A stretch of 62,505 bases of DNA, filler included, from an uncultured Myxococcia bacterium (GTDB lineage Bacteria > CAZTWC01): the NCBI GenBank assembly GCA_964617105.1. It is 19 parts of 19 records of this genome, joined end to end, with 100 filler letters (N's around TTAATTAATTAA, not from the genome) between each part and the next. Parts side by side here need not be neighbours in the genome. Positions count along the whole stretch, not along the records: positions 59,468 to 62,505 come from CAZTWC010000382.1; 18 more parts are not named here. One strand, 5' to 3'. Both the position numbers and the translations under genes were made by a program. Below the pieces are notes generated by a model. The model saw nothing but the letters and a program-made list of their open reading frames with translations, searched no databases and was not told the origin of the DNA. This document shows positions 60,086 through 62,505 of the stretch, in pieces (position 1 is the stretch's first letter; every line of letters starts with the position of its first letter).

Positions 60086-60467
60086 CCTCATAGTTAAGGC
60101 TATCAGGGCCAAAACTTTTTAATTGATTGTCGTCCAGAATAAAAGTGGCGTGCACACCCACAATCCTGGAAAAGAGGAGCGGCCGGGTTTTTCCTTCGGT
60201 TTTGCCTACCAAAATGCTGGTAACCAATAACATACCCATGCCATCCTCTTCTAAAGATTTAAGGTCTTCGCTGCAAACCGGACAGAAAAAATCCCATTGG
60301 TCACCTTTGGTGAATTTAATCTTTGGATCAACGAAAAAGGTATAATCTCCAGGTTCAGGACTTAACAGGATCAAGCTCTTCTGATCCTCTTTATTGATAC
60401 GAAAAATAAGTTTGTTGGAAGGATTCAGAATAGATTTACAGTAGGGACAGCGATATTTGAATTCCAT
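60060..60467 (-). CDS. Hypothetical protein with two CPxC motifs
   Basis: YRCPYC and FFCPVC; RBS GGAGGTGGAG. Confidence 0.75.
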   Translation of the reverse strand: MEFKYRCPYCKSILNPSNKLIFRINKEDQKSLILLSPEPGDYTFFVDPKIKFTKGDQWDFFCPVCSEDLKSLEEDGMGMLLVTSILVGKTEGKTRPLLFSRIVGVHATFILDDNQLKSFGPDSLNYEAMIKNKYL

Positions 60468-60489
60468 TTACTCCACCTCCGAAATTTTT

Positions 60490-61392
60490 CTAGAGTATTT
60501 TATTCTTGTTCGGTATTTTGCCTTTAAAATCAGATAATTTCAATATCTTTTTCTTCTCATTTTCAAAATTGATCTCTCGGGCGCCTTGATCCAACTTATC
60601 AATCAGGATGGAAACTATGGCCAGGGCAGCCTCTTCCCTAAACAGGGCAAAACTAGGAGCATCGTTGACATCGATAACTACTATTTGGCCGGAAGGAGTT
60701 ATCACCGCATCGCCGCCGTAGATTTCCAGGTCGAACATATCAATTAATTCCTCAACCTTGGAGCGGGCCAGGCCAAAAATTTCCGGACTGCGCTCCGGGT
60801 GACTCTCCTCGAACCAGCGAAAAAAAGAGGTGTTTTTTACCCCATAAAATTTAACCACCAACCCATCCACATGGCGCTGGATCATGGCGTGCTTAATGCC
60901 ACGCCGGTAAAAGGAATCGAGTACATTTTGTATCTCTTCCAGGCTGAAAGCATGCACCACATCCCCTCTTTCGGTGGCGTGAACATCTCCTCGCTTAATC
61001 CAGTAGGAAAACACTTTTAGCCGCTCGATTATTTTTCTAGACCCCGGATGGGTAGGAATGAGAAAGCCTTCGGGCCATAATTTACCAGCCTGGTCAGCGA
61101 TTTTATGCATCTCAACCCGGTGACAGGAGAGAACCGCCCGGGGCGAATTTACCACTAATGTTCCCGTTTTTTCCCAGTTGAGCAAATGTTGGTTGGCTTG
61201 TATACCCTGACACATAGAAAAGATCAGATCTGCTTTTCTGGGGGTGTGATCCACCTCCTCTTCCCGCATAAATTCAACTTCAAACTGTTTGGCCTGTAAT
61301 TGTTTTCCCACCAGGCTCATCAACTTACGATCGTTGGAGCCGTGATGAAAAGGGGAAAACTCACTGGCCCTGTAAATACACAGAAACTTCAT
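60490..61392 (-). CDS. ATP-grasp-fold protein (ITPK1-like motifs)
   Basis: VVNSPRAV, WIKRGD, IQRHVDG..VKFYGV, IYGGDAV...VIDVNDAPSF. Confidence 0.75.
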   Translation of the reverse strand: MKFLCIYRASEFSPFHHGSNDRKLMSLVGKQLQAKQFEVEFMREEEVDHTPRKADLIFSMCQGIQANQHLLNWEKTGTLVVNSPRAVLSCHRVEMHKIADQAGKLWPEGFLIPTHPGSRKIIERLKVFSYWIKRGDVHATERGDVVHAFSLEEIQNVLDSFYRRGIKHAMIQRHVDGLVVKFYGVKNTSFFRWFEESHPERSPEIFGLARSKVEELIDMFDLEIYGGDAVITPSGQIVVIDVNDAPSFALFREEAALAIVSILIDKLDQGAREINFENEKKKILKLSDFKGKIPNKNKIL

Positions 61393-62074
61393 TTTGTGCT
61401 TCCTCCAGGTCAGAAGGACGATCTACGTCAATTGCTTTATTGAAGAGGTAACCTTTAGAAATAAGGTGGTTTTTGAGCAGGTGGCCCAGGAAATAGCGTA
61501 ATTTGTGCATCCCCAGGGATAATACTTCCTGTTCAAAGTTGAATACCCGGGGAGATACACCATAAATCCCCGCGGTCACATAGGGGCTGTTATCTGCATC
61601 AGGTCCCAGTGCTGTTACAATTTGCTTTTGGTCTATGGCAATTCTGAGTGGTTTTTCGTCATCAACATAATCGGTGTAGGCTAACAGCAGTTCTATATCA
61701 GGTTGAGTGCGAAAAAAATTGGCGAAATCTTTCATCTCTTGACCAATGGAGATGGTGTCAACCGTGCAGATAATCGCCCGGCTGTCTGCCAAAAGAGGAC
61801 CCAGGGCCAGGAAACTGTGCATAGAACTGGGAGTTGAGCGGACAATGGTTTCCAGGGGCAGGCCGTAATTTTTAGAATGGATATACTTAAGGACCTGGTC
61901 TCCTTCCTGTTCATTTACGATTATGGCAATGCTCTCTACCCCGGCTGATTTCAGAGTGGTAATTTGCCAATCCAACAGGGTTTTATCACCCACTTTTATT
62001 AGCGGTTTTGGTATATTTATTCCCGCCTTTTTAAAACGGGAACCTTCACCGGCTGCAATTATTCCGCCTTTCAT
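61361..62074 (-). CDS. Sugar/polyol-phosphate nucleotidyltransferase (NTP_transferase family)
   Basis: GIIAAGEGSRF...PKPLI; C-terminal IDVDRPSDL. Confidence 0.9.
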   Translation of the reverse strand: MKGGIIAAGEGSRFKKAGINIPKPLIKVGDKTLLDWQITTLKSAGVESIAIIVNEQEGDQVLKYIHSKNYGLPLETIVRSTPSSMHSFLALGPLLADSRAIICTVDTISIGQEMKDFANFFRTQPDIELLLAYTDYVDDEKPLRIAIDQKQIVTALGPDADNSPYVTAGIYGVSPRVFNFEQEVLSLGMHKLRYFLGHLLKNHLISKGYLFNKAIDVDRPSDLEEAQNEVSVYLQGQ

Positions 62075-62075
62075 T

Positions 62076-62505
62076 TTAATTAAAATCCTCCAACCGGGTT
62101 ATCCGGTAATCTGCAGCATCAGATTCCTCTGTTTTTACACAATCGTCAGAGCCCAGCCAATAGGTGGTCATTCCCAGAGATTTGGCCGGTACAATGTCGT
62201 TTTTATAGGAGTCACCCACCATGGCGCAGTTTTTGGGCTTAACTTGCAAACGATCGGTCAATAGATAAAAAGCGGCTTTGAGCGGCTTTTTAAGGTCATC
62301 CACTTTAGAGATCAAAGTGGCGTCAAAAAGGGTATCCAGTTTAGTTTCCTGTAAAATGATCGGCAAATTGGCGGTGAAATTGGAGATAAGTCCCAATTTA
62401 TAAGTGGATGAAAGGGACGATAAAAATTCTCGATTTTTCTTTATACATTTCATCTGCTGCTGAAAAACATCCAGGCTTGTTTTTTCAAGCATTTTGGCTG
62501 ATAGT
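62076..62505 (-). CDS. HAD-family hydrolase, 5'-partial
   Basis: LGLISN (motif II), KKP (motif III), MVGDSYKNDI (motif IV). Confidence 0.88.
   Translation of the reverse strand, partial: LSAKMLEKTSLDVFQQQMKCIKKNREFLSSLSSTYKLGLISNFTANLPIILQETKLDTLFDATLISKVDDLKKPLKAAFYLLTDRLQVKPKNCAMVGDSYKNDIVPAKSLGMTTYWLGSDDCVKTEESDAADYRITRLEDFN

Overview
This window is not one continuous locus. It is 19 short contigs (3308 down to 3038 nt, in decreasing length order) joined by 100-nt artificial N44-TTAATTAATTAA-N44 spacers, as in a concatenated draft or metagenome-assembled genome. Gene neighbourhoods are meaningful only within a contig, and most contigs begin and end inside genes. The content points to a fairly AT-rich deltaproteobacterium, probably an uncultured Myxococcota-like lineage (inference). 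It includes pilB-pilT-pilC, flgE, two chemosensory clusters, Cys-rich 'CDGxDNDCDG' repeat surface proteins, PP2C/FHA signalling proteins, pgk-tpiA-secG, nadA-mnmA-cysE, clpB, a Czc/Cus-type RND system, a TonB system and a radical-SAM sugar-modification cluster. I saw no rRNA, tRNA or CRISPR array. The best leads are: (1) a HAD + nucleotidyltransferase + ATP-grasp operon whose ATP-grasp protein carries ITPK1-like (inositol-phosphate kinase) rather than RimK-like motifs; (2) a membrane-spanning FHA receptor + PP2C cluster next to an IS3-like end; (3) an unannotated 65-aa Thr/Ser-rich ORF between flgE and a B12 radical SAM gene; (4) several small palindromic mobile elements, one possibly nested in another; (5) a 5'-truncated exbB and a possibly interrupted cusA. 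All calls come from motif recognition by eye; no database searches were run.
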